A DNA stretch of 64,000 bases from Bacillota bacterium (GCA_021846505.1 JAJZWV010000009.1:11411-75410), one strand, 5' to 3'; shown: positions 46,021 through 55,521, counted from the stretch's first letter. The notes: generated from the sequence alone by a model not told the origin. A program made the numbers and translations.

Positions 46021-46049
46021 ATCGTAGCACAAGGACTGCGGCCGCGCAA
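46021..46049 (-). promoter_or_regulatory. Candidate sigma-A promoter for infC-rpmI-rplT
   Basis: Minus strand reads TTGCGC (46044-46049), N17, TACGAT (46021-46026). Confidence 0.35.
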
Positions 46050-46333
46050 TCGCGGCGGCGGAAAATGCCCGGACTCAGCGTGCGCGGGCCCTGAAGCCAA
46101 GGACCCGGTGTCAAAGACCCGCTCGGGGGGACCTTCGCCTGCGCGAGACGGGTGCCCCTCCTCCGTCAAACGCCGCAAAAGTCTTGTGTCGGGTGCGTTT
46201 CTGTCTGTTATGCTCGTTGCATTCGCAGCGATTCGGATCCCTCCGTGCCACCCGCCGCAGAAGGCGCAGGGGGCGAGCCTGCGGGCTCCGGACCTGCTGC
46301 GTCTGCCTTCCAATGCTGGAGGAGGTGTGTCTG

Positions 46334-48268
46334 GTGAAGAAGCCATCGGTGCGCATCACGGAGCCTTGGGTGCGGGACAATGGCGCGCTGCGCCCCGCCA
46401 GGTGGGACGAGGCGCTGGAGCGTGCGGCCTCAGGGATGGAGCAATCGCTGGCGGCCGGGGGCCCCAGCGCGGTGGGGATGTTCAGCTGTTCGAAAGCTAC
46501 CAACGAAGTGAACTTTTTGGCGCAGAAATTTGCGCGAGCTGTGCTGGGCACCAACAACATCGACAGCTGCAACCGCACATGACACGCGCCCAGCGTCGTC
46601 GGTCTGGCGACGGTGTTTGGAGCAGGCGGCGGGACCAGCTCGTACGAAGAAATCGAAAATACCGACCTCATCATCTTATGGGGTTCGAACGCGCGGGAGT
46701 CTCACCCGATTTTCTTCCACCATGTGCTGAAGGGCATTCGGAGCGGCGCGCGCCTCATGGTCGTGGATCCGCGCCGCAGTACATCGGCCCAATTTGCCCA
46801 CCTGTGGCTCGGCCTGGACGTGGGCACAGACATCGCGCTCGCCAACGCCGTGGGGCGGGAAATTATCGCGGCTGGGCTTGTGAATCACGAATTCGTGCAG
46901 AAGGCCACTGAGCACTTTGACGCCTACCGCGAGTCCGTCGAGCCGTTCACGTTGGCGGTAGGGGAAGAACTCACCGGCGTGCCCCAAGACGCCATCCAGC
47001 AGCTGGCCCATGAGTATGCCCGGGCGCCTCGGGCCCAGCTGTGCTGGACGTTGGGCATCACCGAGCACCACAACGCCGTCGACAACGTGTTTGCCCTCAT
47101 TAACCTGGCGCTGCTGACCGGGCACGTGGGGCGCTACGGCTCGGGTCTAAACCCGGTCCGCGGCCAAAACAACGTGCAGGGCGGCGGCGACATGGGCGCG
47201 CTGCCGAACAAGTTCCCGGGGTTTCAGAACGTGGCGGACGCGGCCGTGCGCGCCCGCTTCGAGGCGCGGTGGGGCCGCGCCCTGCCGCCGAAGCCCGGCT
47301 GGCACCTGTCACAGATGTTCGAGGCCATGGAGCGCGGCGACCTCACCGCCCTGTACGTCATCGGCGAGAACCCCGCGCAGTCCGAGGCCGACGCGCACCG
47401 CACAGAAAAGCTATTGACCGGCCTTGGTCACTTGGTGGTGCAGGACATGTTTATGACCCGCACCGCGGAGCTGGCCGACGTGGTGCTGCCGTCGACAGCA
47501 TCGTGGTGCGAGGCCGAGGGCACGGTGACCTCGAGTGAGCGCCGCGTCCAGCGCGTCCGCCAGGCACTGGAGCCGCCCCTGGGCACGAAAGGCGATCTGG
47601 AGATCTTGTCGCTGCTGGCGGCGCGCCTCGGCTTCCCATGGGGCATGCCCACCGCCGAGGAGGTGTGGGACGAGTGCCGGAGCCTGTCGCCGATGCACAG
47701 CGGCATGTCCTACGGCCGGCTCGAGGCGCTGAAGGGCATTCAGTGGCCCTGCCCCGACGAATCGCACCCGGGATCTCAGTTTCTGCATGGCCGCCTGTGG
47801 GACGATCCGGTGGGCGGCCCGAAAGCGGGCTTCCACCCGGTGCAGCATGAGCCGCCGGTGGATCAGCTGTCGGACGACTATCCCATCCGCCTCACCACCG
47901 GCCGGCGGCTGGACTCGTTTAACACGGGGGTTCAGTCGGGGCGCTTCTCATCGCCGCTGCGCCGCCCAGAGACCCTCAACCTGTGCCCCGAGGACATGGC
48001 GGCGCTTGGAGTGGGCGAGGGCGAGGCAGTGGCAATCCGGTCGCGGCGCGGGCGCATCGAGGCGCCGGTGCACAGCGACACGACACTGCGGCCCGGCCTA
48101 GCGTTTATGACGTTTCACTTTCCCGACCAGGTTAACACCAACCTGCTGACCGTGGATGCGTGGGATCCGCAATCGGGCACGTCGGAGTTCAAGGCCACGG
48201 CCATCGCGGTTGAGCGGCTGGCCAGCGCCGAATCCTCCGAGCCACATGCCATAAAGGTGGGTGTCTGA
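46334..48268 (+). CDS. fdhA: Formate dehydrogenase catalytic (molybdopterin) subunit lacking the N-terminal Fe-S modules; in-frame TGA (46580-46582) read as selenocysteine
   Basis: ORFs 46184-46582 and 46613-48268 share a frame and are split only by the TGA. The context is NNIDSCNRT-U-HAPSVVGL. Downstream blocks are typical of FdhA/FdsA (LILWGSNARESHPIFF, VVDPRR, RGQNNVQGGGDMGALPN). GTG 46334 is preceded by GGAGGAGG. Confidence 0.8.
46594..46612 (+). promoter_or_regulatory. SECIS-like hairpin
   Basis: CGUCGUC-GGUCU-GGCGACG: 7 bp including one G-U pair, starting 11 nt after the UGA. The GGU CUG (Gly-Leu) codons form the apex at the same codon offset as I remember for E. coli fdhF. Confidence 0.6.
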
Positions 48269-50133
48269 TGGAGCGGCATCTCTCGGCCGATGCCGCGACG
48301 GCGGACGAGCGAGCGGCCGTGGACGCCATCCTGTCGCGGCCGCCCTCGCCGTGGGTGGGCGGCGAGCGCTCGCCGCACGCCCTCCACGCGGCGCGCCGCG
48401 ACGAGAGCGCCGTTCCGCCCCGCGACCTCCTGCTCCCGGCGCTGCGGGCCCTGCAGGCTGAAGCAGGCGGCGTCAGCCGAGGCGCGATAAGCTACTTGGC
48501 AGCCCGGATGGACCTGCCCCCCTCAGACATTTACGGGGTGGCGGCATTCTACGCGCTGCTGGACGTGGACGCTCCGCCCGAGGCGGGCGCTTCCGTGAAG
48601 GTGCACCTCTGCGACGACGTAGTTTGCCAGCTGGCCGGTGCCGAAAGCCTCATCGCCAAGCTGCGGGATCGCTACGGCGCTGAGGGCGAGCCCGCTGGCG
48701 GCGTCTCGTGGCACCGAAGCCCCTGCCTCGGCCAGTGTGATCGGGGCCCTGCGGTGCTAGTGCAGCGCGCAGGCACTTATGCGGCCGATATCGCCATCGC
48801 CTCTGCCACCGCAGAGGATGTCGCCCGCGCCATCGCGGATCCCACCCCGGCACCCACGCCGCCCGCGACCGTGCCGCAGGCCGGCGACGCGAGCTTGGTG
48901 GTGCTTCGCCGCATCGGCCGCGTGGATCCGGCCGACTTAGACAGCTACCGCCACGCGGGCGGCTACGAGAGCCTTCGCCGTGCCTTGGCGCTGGGTCCGG
49001 AGTCGGTCATCCAGTGGGTGACGGACTCGGGACTGCAGGGGCGCGGCGGCGCCGCTTTTCCGACCGGCGTGAAGTGGCGGGCCGTGGCCAGCCAAGCCGC
49101 CCGCACCCACTATGTGGTCGCCAACGCCGATGAGTCAGAGCCCGGCACCTTCAAAGACCGCGTCGTGATGGAGGAAGACCCTTTCGCCGTCGTCGAAGCC
49201 CTCACCATCGCCGGATACGCCACCGGAGCGGAGCAGGGCTTTATCTATGTGCGCGGGGAATACCCGCTCGCGGCGGCGCGACTCCGGCACGCGATTGCCC
49301 GGGCGCGCCAGCGCGGGTTTCTGGGGTCCAATGTGATGGGGCGCGGCCTTTCGTTTGACATCGACGTGCGCCAGGGCGCCGGGGCCTACATCTGCGGCGA
49401 GGAGACGGCGCTCTTCAACTCGCTGGAGGGTCGCCGCGGCGAGCCCCGCAACAAGCCTCCGTTTCCCACCGTGCATGGGCTGTTTGGCAAGCCGACCGCC
49501 GTCAACAACATCGAGACGCTCCTGAATGTCCTGGCCATCCTGGCTGTCGGACCCGAGCGCTTCCGCGCCGTCGGGGCCGAGGACGCCAAGGGCACTCGGC
49601 TATTTTCGCTCTCCGGCGCCGTCATGCGCCCGGGTCTGTACGAGGCGCCTTTCGGGACGCGGCTGGGCGCCGTCATTGACATGGCGGGGGGGCTCCGCCC
49701 CGGCCGGACCCTGCAGGCAGTGCTCCTCGGCGGCGCTGCGGGATCCTTTGTGGGGCCCGAGGCCCTCGACACGCCGCTGGCCCCGGCGGCCCTGCGCCCT
49801 ATCGGCGCCACGCTGGGCTCTGGCGTGGTGGTGGTGTTTGACGACACGGCCAACTTGAGGCACACCGTGCTGCGCATCGCTCGCTTCTTCCGCGACGAGT
49901 CCTGCGGGCAGTGTGTGCCGTGCCGCGTGGGCACCGTACGCCAGGAGGAGCTGGTGGCCCGCTTGGCTGCGGGCACGCCCCGCGGCTCGGCGGCCGACGA
50001 GATCCGGCTTTTTCACGATATCGCCCAGGCTATGCGGGATGCGTCGATCTGCGGGCTCGGCCAAACAGCCGCCAGCGCTGTAGACTCCGCCATCCGGCTC
50101 GGCATCTTGGGCCGCGAAGGGGGGCCCGCCTAA
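48268..50133 (+). CDS. NuoE-like (2Fe-2S) plus NuoF-like (FMN/NAD/4Fe-4S) fusion, diaphorase subunit of NAD-dependent formate dehydrogenase
   Basis: N-terminal CDDVVC...CLGQC thioredoxin-like 2Fe-2S pattern. Then GLQGRGGAAFPTGVKW, ANADESEPGTFKDR and ESCGQCVPCR. The ATG overlaps the upstream TGA. Confidence 0.85.
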   Translation: MERHLSADAATADERAAVDAILSRPPSPWVGGERSPHALHAARRDESAVPPRDLLLPALRALQAEAGGVSRGAISYLAARMDLPPSDIYGVAAFYALLDVDAPPEAGASVKVHLCDDVVCQLAGAESLIAKLRDRYGAEGEPAGGVSWHRSPCLGQCDRGPAVLVQRAGTYAADIAIASATAEDVARAIADPTPAPTPPATVPQAGDASLVVLRRIGRVDPADLDSYRHAGGYESLRRALALGPESVIQWVTDSGLQGRGGAAFPTGVKWRAVASQAARTHYVVANADESEPGTFKDRVVMEEDPFAVVEALTIAGYATGAEQGFIYVRGEYPLAAARLRHAIARARQRGFLGSNVMGRGLSFDIDVRQGAGAYICGEETALFNSLEGRRGEPRNKPPFPTVHGLFGKPTAVNNIETLLNVLAILAVGPERFRAVGAEDAKGTRLFSLSGAVMRPGLYEAPFGTRLGAVIDMAGGLRPGRTLQAVLLGGAAGSFVGPEALDTPLAPAALRPIGATLGSGVVVVFDDTANLRHTVLRIARFFRDESCGQCVPCRVGTVRQEELVARLAAGTPRGSAADEIRLFHDIAQAMRDASICGLGQTAASAVDSAIRLGILGREGGPA

Positions 50134-50134
50134 G

Positions 50135-51085
50135 ATGGCGCCGCCGTTGCAAGTGAAACAGCTTCCCGAGCGCATCGTTCACGCCACCATCGACGGGCAG
50201 CGGGTGGCGGTGCCCGAGGGCACGACCATTCTGGCGGCCTGCCGATCCCAGGCCGCCGAGGTGCCCACGCTCTGCTTTCTCGAAACGCTCGCCCCGGTTA
50301 ACGTGTGCCGGGCTTGTGTGGTGGAGGTGGAGGGCTCGCGCGCTTTAGTGCCCGCATGCTCGCGGCCGCTCGAAACGGACATGGTGGTGTCGACCCGCTC
50401 AAAGCGGGTCGACAAAAGTCGCCGCATGGTGCTGGAGTTCCTGGCGTCGTCAGTGGACATGAGCCTGGCCGGGCCGGATGTCGAGCGGTGGATGGAAGAG
50501 TACGGGGTGGACCCGGACCGCTACGGGCCTAAAGCCGCGGCTGGCGCCGACCTCGACGCGCGGGCTGGGCGCCATGGTCCGACCGTGGGCGCCGAGCGCG
50601 CCACCGCGGCCCAGCCAGTCAAAGTCGACAACGATCTGTACGTGCGGGACTACTCTCGCTGCATTCTGTGCTACAAGTGCGTGGAGGCGTGCGGAGACCA
50701 GGCACAGCACACGTTCGCGCTGGCCGTTGCGGGCCGAGGCTTTGACGCCCACATCGCCACCGAGTTTGAGGTGCCGCTGCCCGAGTCCGCCTGCGTGTAC
50801 TGCGGCAACTGCGTGGGGGTGTGCCCCACCGGGGCGCTCATGTTCAAGAGCGAGTACGACTTGCGCCAGGCGAATCAGTGGGACGAGTCGCGCCAAACCG
50901 TCACCGACACCATCTGCCCTTACTGTGGGGTGGGCTGCACCCTCGAACTCCACGTCCAGGACAACGCCATTGTGAAGGTGACGTCGCCGATGGATCACGA
51001 GGTCACCAGCGGCCACCTCTGCATCAAGGGGCGATTTGGGTTTGAGTTTGTGCAGCAGCGCCCCCCGGCCGCGGAGCCGCGCTAG
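50135..51085 (+). CDS. NuoG/FdsA N-terminal-like Fe-S protein (2Fe-2S, two ferredoxin-type 4Fe-4S motifs, MopB-type 4Fe-4S motif), no catalytic domain
   Basis: IDGQRVAVPEGTTILAA...CRACVVEV, CILCYKCVEAC, CVYCGNCVGVCP, and CPYCGVGC...GHLCIKGRFGFEF. The protein then stops after about 12 more residues. Confidence 0.85.
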   Translation: MAPPLQVKQLPERIVHATIDGQRVAVPEGTTILAACRSQAAEVPTLCFLETLAPVNVCRACVVEVEGSRALVPACSRPLETDMVVSTRSKRVDKSRRMVLEFLASSVDMSLAGPDVERWMEEYGVDPDRYGPKAAAGADLDARAGRHGPTVGAERATAAQPVKVDNDLYVRDYSRCILCYKCVEACGDQAQHTFALAVAGRGFDAHIATEFEVPLPESACVYCGNCVGVCPTGALMFKSEYDLRQANQWDESRQTVTDTICPYCGVGCTLELHVQDNAIVKVTSPMDHEVTSGHLCIKGRFGFEFVQQRPPAAEPR

Positions 51086-51250
51086 GTCAAAGTGTTCAGG
51101 CCAAGAGGCTCCCGGTGGTGGCTCGGAGTCTGTTGGGGCACGTCCTGAGGTCATCCCGCGGTCAGGCCTAAACCCATCCTTTGGCCCCAAGTGCGGCGTT
51201 GAACCCCGCACCGCAGGTCAGGTACGTGCTCCAGGCCAGCAGGTCGGCGC

Positions 51251-52102
51251 CTAGAAGGGACTTGCGGGATGCGGCACCCATTGCCGCCACCGATCGTCAT
51301 CGGTCGTGTTGGGGGTGGTCAGCATCTCCAGCGGGACGCTGCTGATGGACAGAGTCGGCCATCGGCTGCCGGCAGCGGCCAGCAGGCTCAGAAGCGGCAG
51401 AGGCACGCACCACTTGGGCACCGGGATGCGCCGGCCCCGGGCGGCGGCCGCCCAATCCACCATCTCAGCCAGCGTTACGCGGCGGGGGCCGCCCACCTCC
51501 AGCGAGAGCGGCACCGCGTCCGACCCGTCGGCCACGATGCTCGCCAACAGCACCGCCAAGTCATCCCGGTGCACGGGGTCAAACAGGGTGTGAGGCAGGC
51601 CGGGAACCGGAGCAACAGGCAGTGCCGCCAGCCTGTCCAACCCCTTCTGCAGCGGGGACCCCGGCCCAAAGACCAGCGACGCCCGCACCACGGTTGCCCC
51701 GGGCAGGGTCTGGGCCACGGCCTTCTCCGCCGCGCGCTTGCTGTCGAAGTAGCGGCCGCGAGCTCCTCGACTGGCCGCCAGTGACGACAGGTGCACAAAC
51801 CGACGCACACCAACAGCGGCGGCCGACTCCGTCAGCCGGCGCGCGACGCCCAGGTGAGTCCGCTCAAAGGTTGTCCCTGCGAAGGGGCGCTCCCGCAAAA
51901 CGCCCACCAAATTCACCACGCCGTCCACTCCCAGGAGCAGCGGCTTTAGATCGGTGGCCAGCAGGTCTTGTGCGATTGGCTCCGCGCCAGGGCAGGCATC
52001 GCCCCGGCGCGACACCGCCACCACGCGGTGCCCGGCGTGTAGCAGTGCGGCCTGCACCGCCTGCCCCACATAGCCGCTGGCGCCTGCCACCAGATATCGC
52101 AC
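51251..52102 (-). CDS. NAD(P)H-binding atypical SDR (NmrA/NDUFA9-like)
   Basis: LVAGASGYVGQAV Rossmann motif. GTG 52102 is preceded by GAGGAAGAGGTGAGG; ATG 52156 is the alternative. Confidence 0.65.
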   Translation of the reverse strand: MRYLVAGASGYVGQAVQAALLHAGHRVVAVSRRGDACPGAEPIAQDLLATDLKPLLLGVDGVVNLVGVLRERPFAGTTFERTHLGVARRLTESAAAVGVRRFVHLSSLAASRGARGRYFDSKRAAEKAVAQTLPGATVVRASLVFGPGSPLQKGLDRLAALPVAPVPGLPHTLFDPVHRDDLAVLLASIVADGSDAVPLSLEVGGPRRVTLAEMVDWAAAARGRRIPVPKWCVPLPLLSLLAAAGSRWPTLSISSVPLEMLTTPNTTDDDRWRQWVPHPASPF

Positions 52103-52164
52103 AGCCTCACCTCTTCCTCGCTCTTCGCCTGCGTCTCTGCCCCCGGCCACTGCCATGCCTCTTC

Positions 52165-52221
52165 TTGACAGAACCTTTACGGGGCCGTAACCAGCAGATC
52201 GCCATCATCTCGCCATCATCT
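52165..52221 (+). promoter_or_regulatory. Candidate promoter and tandem 11-bp direct repeat upstream of the sugar ABC operon
   Basis: TTGACA (52165-52170), N17, TAACCA. Then CGCCATCATCT twice in tandem (52200-52221), followed by TATAAA. Confidence 0.3.
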
Positions 52222-52311
52222 TATAAAGCGGCGGTGTACTGGAGCCCGAAGGCCGGGCAGAGAACCAGCCGGCCCGTCGATCAATCAGATGGATGGGGAG
52301 GCACCCAAAGC

Positions 52312-53631
52312 ATGTCAACGGTTTGGACGAAGGCACTTTATGGCGCCGTGGGATGCACACTGCTGGCGGCGGCCGTGGGCTGTGGGGGTCCGGCACCTGC
52401 GGCCGGCGGCAAATCCTCCAGCCACACCACCATCGTCACCTTCTGGGAATCACACAGCGCCTCTAATCAGCAGGGGAAGGCCTTGGCCCGCATTGTCGCC
52501 GCATTCAACCGCGCCAACCCCCACATCAAGGTGCAGGTCACGGTGACACCCGCCTCCGCCAAGGCGCTGGCGGCCGTGCAGGCCGGCGATCCCCCGGTGA
52601 TGGCCATGATCGGCCACGGCCCGCAGTACGGCTACGAAAGCGCAGGGGCGCTGGTCAACTTGCACTCGCTGATTTACGGGCCCAGCGGATTCCCACCCGC
52701 CCAGCTTCGCGGCATCTGGCCTGTGGTCGCTGCGGCTGAGCAAACTCCGTCACACCAGCAGTATCTGTTTCCGGTCGACATCAAAGTCGCAGAGTTTTTC
52801 TACAACGCAAACCTCTGGAAAAGGGCCGGACTGCACAGCACCCCCACCACGTGGGCGCAGCTGGCGCATGATGCCAGTGTCCTGCAGGCCAAAACCGGAG
52901 CCATTGGGCTCGGGGCGCGGTTGGACCACAACGACTGGGTCCCACTGTTTGTGTCCAATGGCGGCCAGCTGCTGAAAGGCGGAAAGCCCGCGCTCAATAC
53001 CCCCGCCATGACGGCCACCATTCAGCAGCTCCGCGCGCGCGACACTGCGCCGTACACGAAAATACTGTCCTACAACACGAGCTTCGAAGACTTTGGCGCC
53101 GGCAAGCTGGGCATCCTGGAAAACACTGCGGACGGCTATGAGATGGTGCGGGAAGACGTAGGGGGCAAGTTCCCTGTCGGAGTGTTTGCGGTTCCCCCAG
53201 GTACGACCGGCAAAACCGGGGTGGAGTATCAGGGCTTGTCGTTCGTGATTTTCAAGCAGGCCACCGCCGCGCAGCAGCAGGCCGCCTGGAGCTTCATCAA
53301 GTACTTTGACGCCCCACCTCAGCAAGCCATCTGGTCCATCGTGGGCGGAGAGCCCCCCATCAGCCAGGCGGACGTCCCGGCCGTCATCAAAATGGCCGGC
53401 AGCCAGTGGAGCGCCAACCCCGGACCCTACGCGGGCACGGCGGTCGCGTTAAAAGAGCTGCAAACCGGCATCGTGGTGCACAAGGTAATCGGACCCGCGC
53501 AGTCCGAGGTGGACACCGTGATTCAAAACCAGGTCCAGTCCGCCATCGCTGGCAAAGAGTCCATCGCGGCGGCTGAGCAAAACATGCAGACCCAAGTGGC
53601 CGCCTATTTGTCCGGAAACGCCGCCCAGTAG
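52312..53631 (+). CDS. ABC transporter extracellular solute-binding protein (carbohydrate type), probable lipoprotein
   Basis: Signal peptide with ...LLAAAVGCGG. Family-1 SBP-like sequence. SD GGGGAGG upstream of ATG 52312; the long upstream part of ORF 51622-53631 is Pro/Arg-rich shadow. Confidence 0.85.
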   Translation: MSTVWTKALYGAVGCTLLAAAVGCGGPAPAAGGKSSSHTTIVTFWESHSASNQQGKALARIVAAFNRANPHIKVQVTVTPASAKALAAVQAGDPPVMAMIGHGPQYGYESAGALVNLHSLIYGPSGFPPAQLRGIWPVVAAAEQTPSHQQYLFPVDIKVAEFFYNANLWKRAGLHSTPTTWAQLAHDASVLQAKTGAIGLGARLDHNDWVPLFVSNGGQLLKGGKPALNTPAMTATIQQLRARDTAPYTKILSYNTSFEDFGAGKLGILENTADGYEMVREDVGGKFPVGVFAVPPGTTGKTGVEYQGLSFVIFKQATAAQQQAAWSFIKYFDAPPQQAIWSIVGGEPPISQADVPAVIKMAGSQWSANPGPYAGTAVALKELQTGIVVHKVIGPAQSEVDTVIQNQVQSAIAGKESIAAAEQNMQTQVAAYLSGNAAQ

Positions 53632-53655
53632 AGGCATCAGGGAGGAGATGAGTCG

Positions 53656-54630
53656 ATGGTCCAACCGCTGCCGACCCAAAGCCCGCCGCCGCCCCGGCCG
53701 GCGGGCGCGGCGGCCGGCGCTGCCCGGCGCCGATCCGCCAACTGGGGCTGGGCCCTGGTGCTGCCGGCGCTTGCCTTCATGACGCTGTTCACGTATCTTC
53801 CGGCCCTGCTGGTGGCCGCCATGAGCTTGTTCCAGTGGAATCTGGCGGGCTTCGGCGCCTCCCCGTGGGTGGGATTGCACCACTACGCCGAGCTGTTGAA
53901 CCCTATCTCCGGGTTTCTCCAGTCACTCACCGTCACGGCCTACTATGCAGGGGTGACGGTTCCCCTCTCCATTGCCTTGGGGCTCGGACTGGCGTGGCTC
54001 CTGAAAAGCCGCGGGCCAAAGGTCACCTGGTGGGAGACGTTCACCCGGGCTGCGGTGTTTCTGCCCTACATCACACCGGCCATCGCGACGTCCATCATCT
54101 GGGTGTTTATCTTCAACCCGCAGTTCGGGCTGGCCAACACGGTGCTGGCGGCGCTCCATCTGCCCGCGCTGGGCTGGCTGACCAGCACCACCTGGGCCCT
54201 GCCGGCGGTGATCATCAACAATCTGTGGCACAACGTCGGCTTCATGGTGATTTTGTTCCTGGCGGCCCTCAGCAACGTGCCCCGCGACGTGGTGGAAGCC
54301 GCTTGGATGGACGGGGCCAACGGCGCGCAGACGTTCTGGCACATCATCCGACCCCACCTCTCGCCGGTGATGCTGCTCGCCGTGATTTTGGGCACCATCC
54401 AGGCGATGCAAACGTTCGCGTCTATCTATCAAATGACCGGCGGGCAGTTTGGCGGCGGCGGCGGGCCGCTCCAGTCCACCACGACCACCGCCATCTACCT
54501 GTACAAGTCGGCGTTTGTCTACTTCCACTACGGCTATGGCGCCGCGGTAGGGGTGGTGCTGTTCGTGATTATGCTGGCGGTCACCCTGCTCCAGAAGCAA
54601 ATCGGAGAGCGGCGCACGTTCTACCGCTGA
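53656..54630 (+). CDS. Carbohydrate ABC transporter permease (MalF/UgpA-like)
   Basis: Multi-TM protein with an EAAWMDGA-type EAA loop. Confidence 0.85.
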   Translation: MVQPLPTQSPPPPRPAGAAAGAARRRSANWGWALVLPALAFMTLFTYLPALLVAAMSLFQWNLAGFGASPWVGLHHYAELLNPISGFLQSLTVTAYYAGVTVPLSIALGLGLAWLLKSRGPKVTWWETFTRAAVFLPYITPAIATSIIWVFIFNPQFGLANTVLAALHLPALGWLTSTTWALPAVIINNLWHNVGFMVILFLAALSNVPRDVVEAAWMDGANGAQTFWHIIRPHLSPVMLLAVILGTIQAMQTFASIYQMTGGQFGGGGGPLQSTTTTAIYLYKSAFVYFHYGYGAAVGVVLFVIMLAVTLLQKQIGERRTFYR

Positions 54631-54651
54631 GGCCGCTCGCATCAGAAGGGA

Positions 54652-55521
54652 GTGAATGGCATCATGCTGCTTCGCACGCCGCGCTTGGCGGCCCGCCCCG
54701 GCTCCACGGCCCGCGCCGCGCGCCACTGGGGGCGTCTGGCCCTCATGGCCGCCGTCGCCGTCCTGTTCCTGGGCCCCTTTTACTGGGCCCTGGTGCTGTC
54801 GGTCGCGACGCGCGCCACGGTGTTTACCGTCCCGCCCTCCCTAATTCCGCAGTGGGACTTTGCCAGCTGGGTCCGGGTGTTTGGCATTGCGCCCTGGGGC
54901 CTGTACTTCCTTCACTCGGTGATTATCACGGGCGGGACTATTCTGGTGGTGCTGGCCACGGGAGCACTGGCGGGCTATGCGCTGGCGGAAGTTCCTTTTC
55001 GAGGCCGGGAAGCGGTGTTGGCTCTCCTGCTGGCTGGGCTGATGGTGCCGCCGGAGGCCATCCTGATTCCCAACTATGTGATTGCATATCATCTTCACCT
55101 GCTGAACACGCTGGCAGGCCAAGTCATTCCGTTTGGGGCCAACGTGCTGGCGGTGTTTCTGTTTCGGCAGTTTTTCAAGACGCTGCCGGTGTCGCTGTGG
55201 GAGGCGTGCCGCATGGACGGCGCGCGCTGGTGGCAGTATCTCGCGCATGTGGCCATTCCGCTCGCGCGGCCCGTCGTCATGACCGTGACCCTCTTGACCT
55301 TCGTGGCGCAGTGGAGCCAGTTCCAGTGGCCGCTCATCATCACCCAGGGCAACGCCGCCCGGCCGGTGGAGGTGGCGCTCTCGTACCTCCAAGGCTTTGA
55401 CGGCAGCCACTGGCGCCAGCTGGCAGCCGCGTCGCTCCTGACCCTCGCGCCTATCTTCCTGGTGTTTCTCTTCACCCAGCGCCACCTCATCGCTTCGGTG
55501 GCCGGGCATGCCCATGACTGA
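54652..55521 (+). CDS. Carbohydrate ABC transporter permease (MalG/UgpE-like)
   Basis: Multi-TM protein with an EACRMDGA EAA loop. Confidence 0.85.
   Translation: MNGIMLLRTPRLAARPGSTARAARHWGRLALMAAVAVLFLGPFYWALVLSVATRATVFTVPPSLIPQWDFASWVRVFGIAPWGLYFLHSVIITGGTILVVLATGALAGYALAEVPFRGREAVLALLLAGLMVPPEAILIPNYVIAYHLHLLNTLAGQVIPFGANVLAVFLFRQFFKTLPVSLWEACRMDGARWWQYLAHVAIPLARPVVMTVTLLTFVAQWSQFQWPLIITQGNAARPVEVALSYLQGFDGSHWRQLAAASLLTLAPIFLVFLFTQRHLIASVAGHAHD

Noticed and set aside
45869-46333. Strand-polarity switch (minus-strand genes to the left, plus-strand fdh operon to the right) as a possible replication origin
   Set aside because: I found no TTATCCACA-type DnaA boxes, no AT-rich unwinding element and no dnaA/dnaN nearby. 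The interval is explained by the infC leader and promoter and the fdh promoter region, and thrS and other minus-strand genes occur further right.
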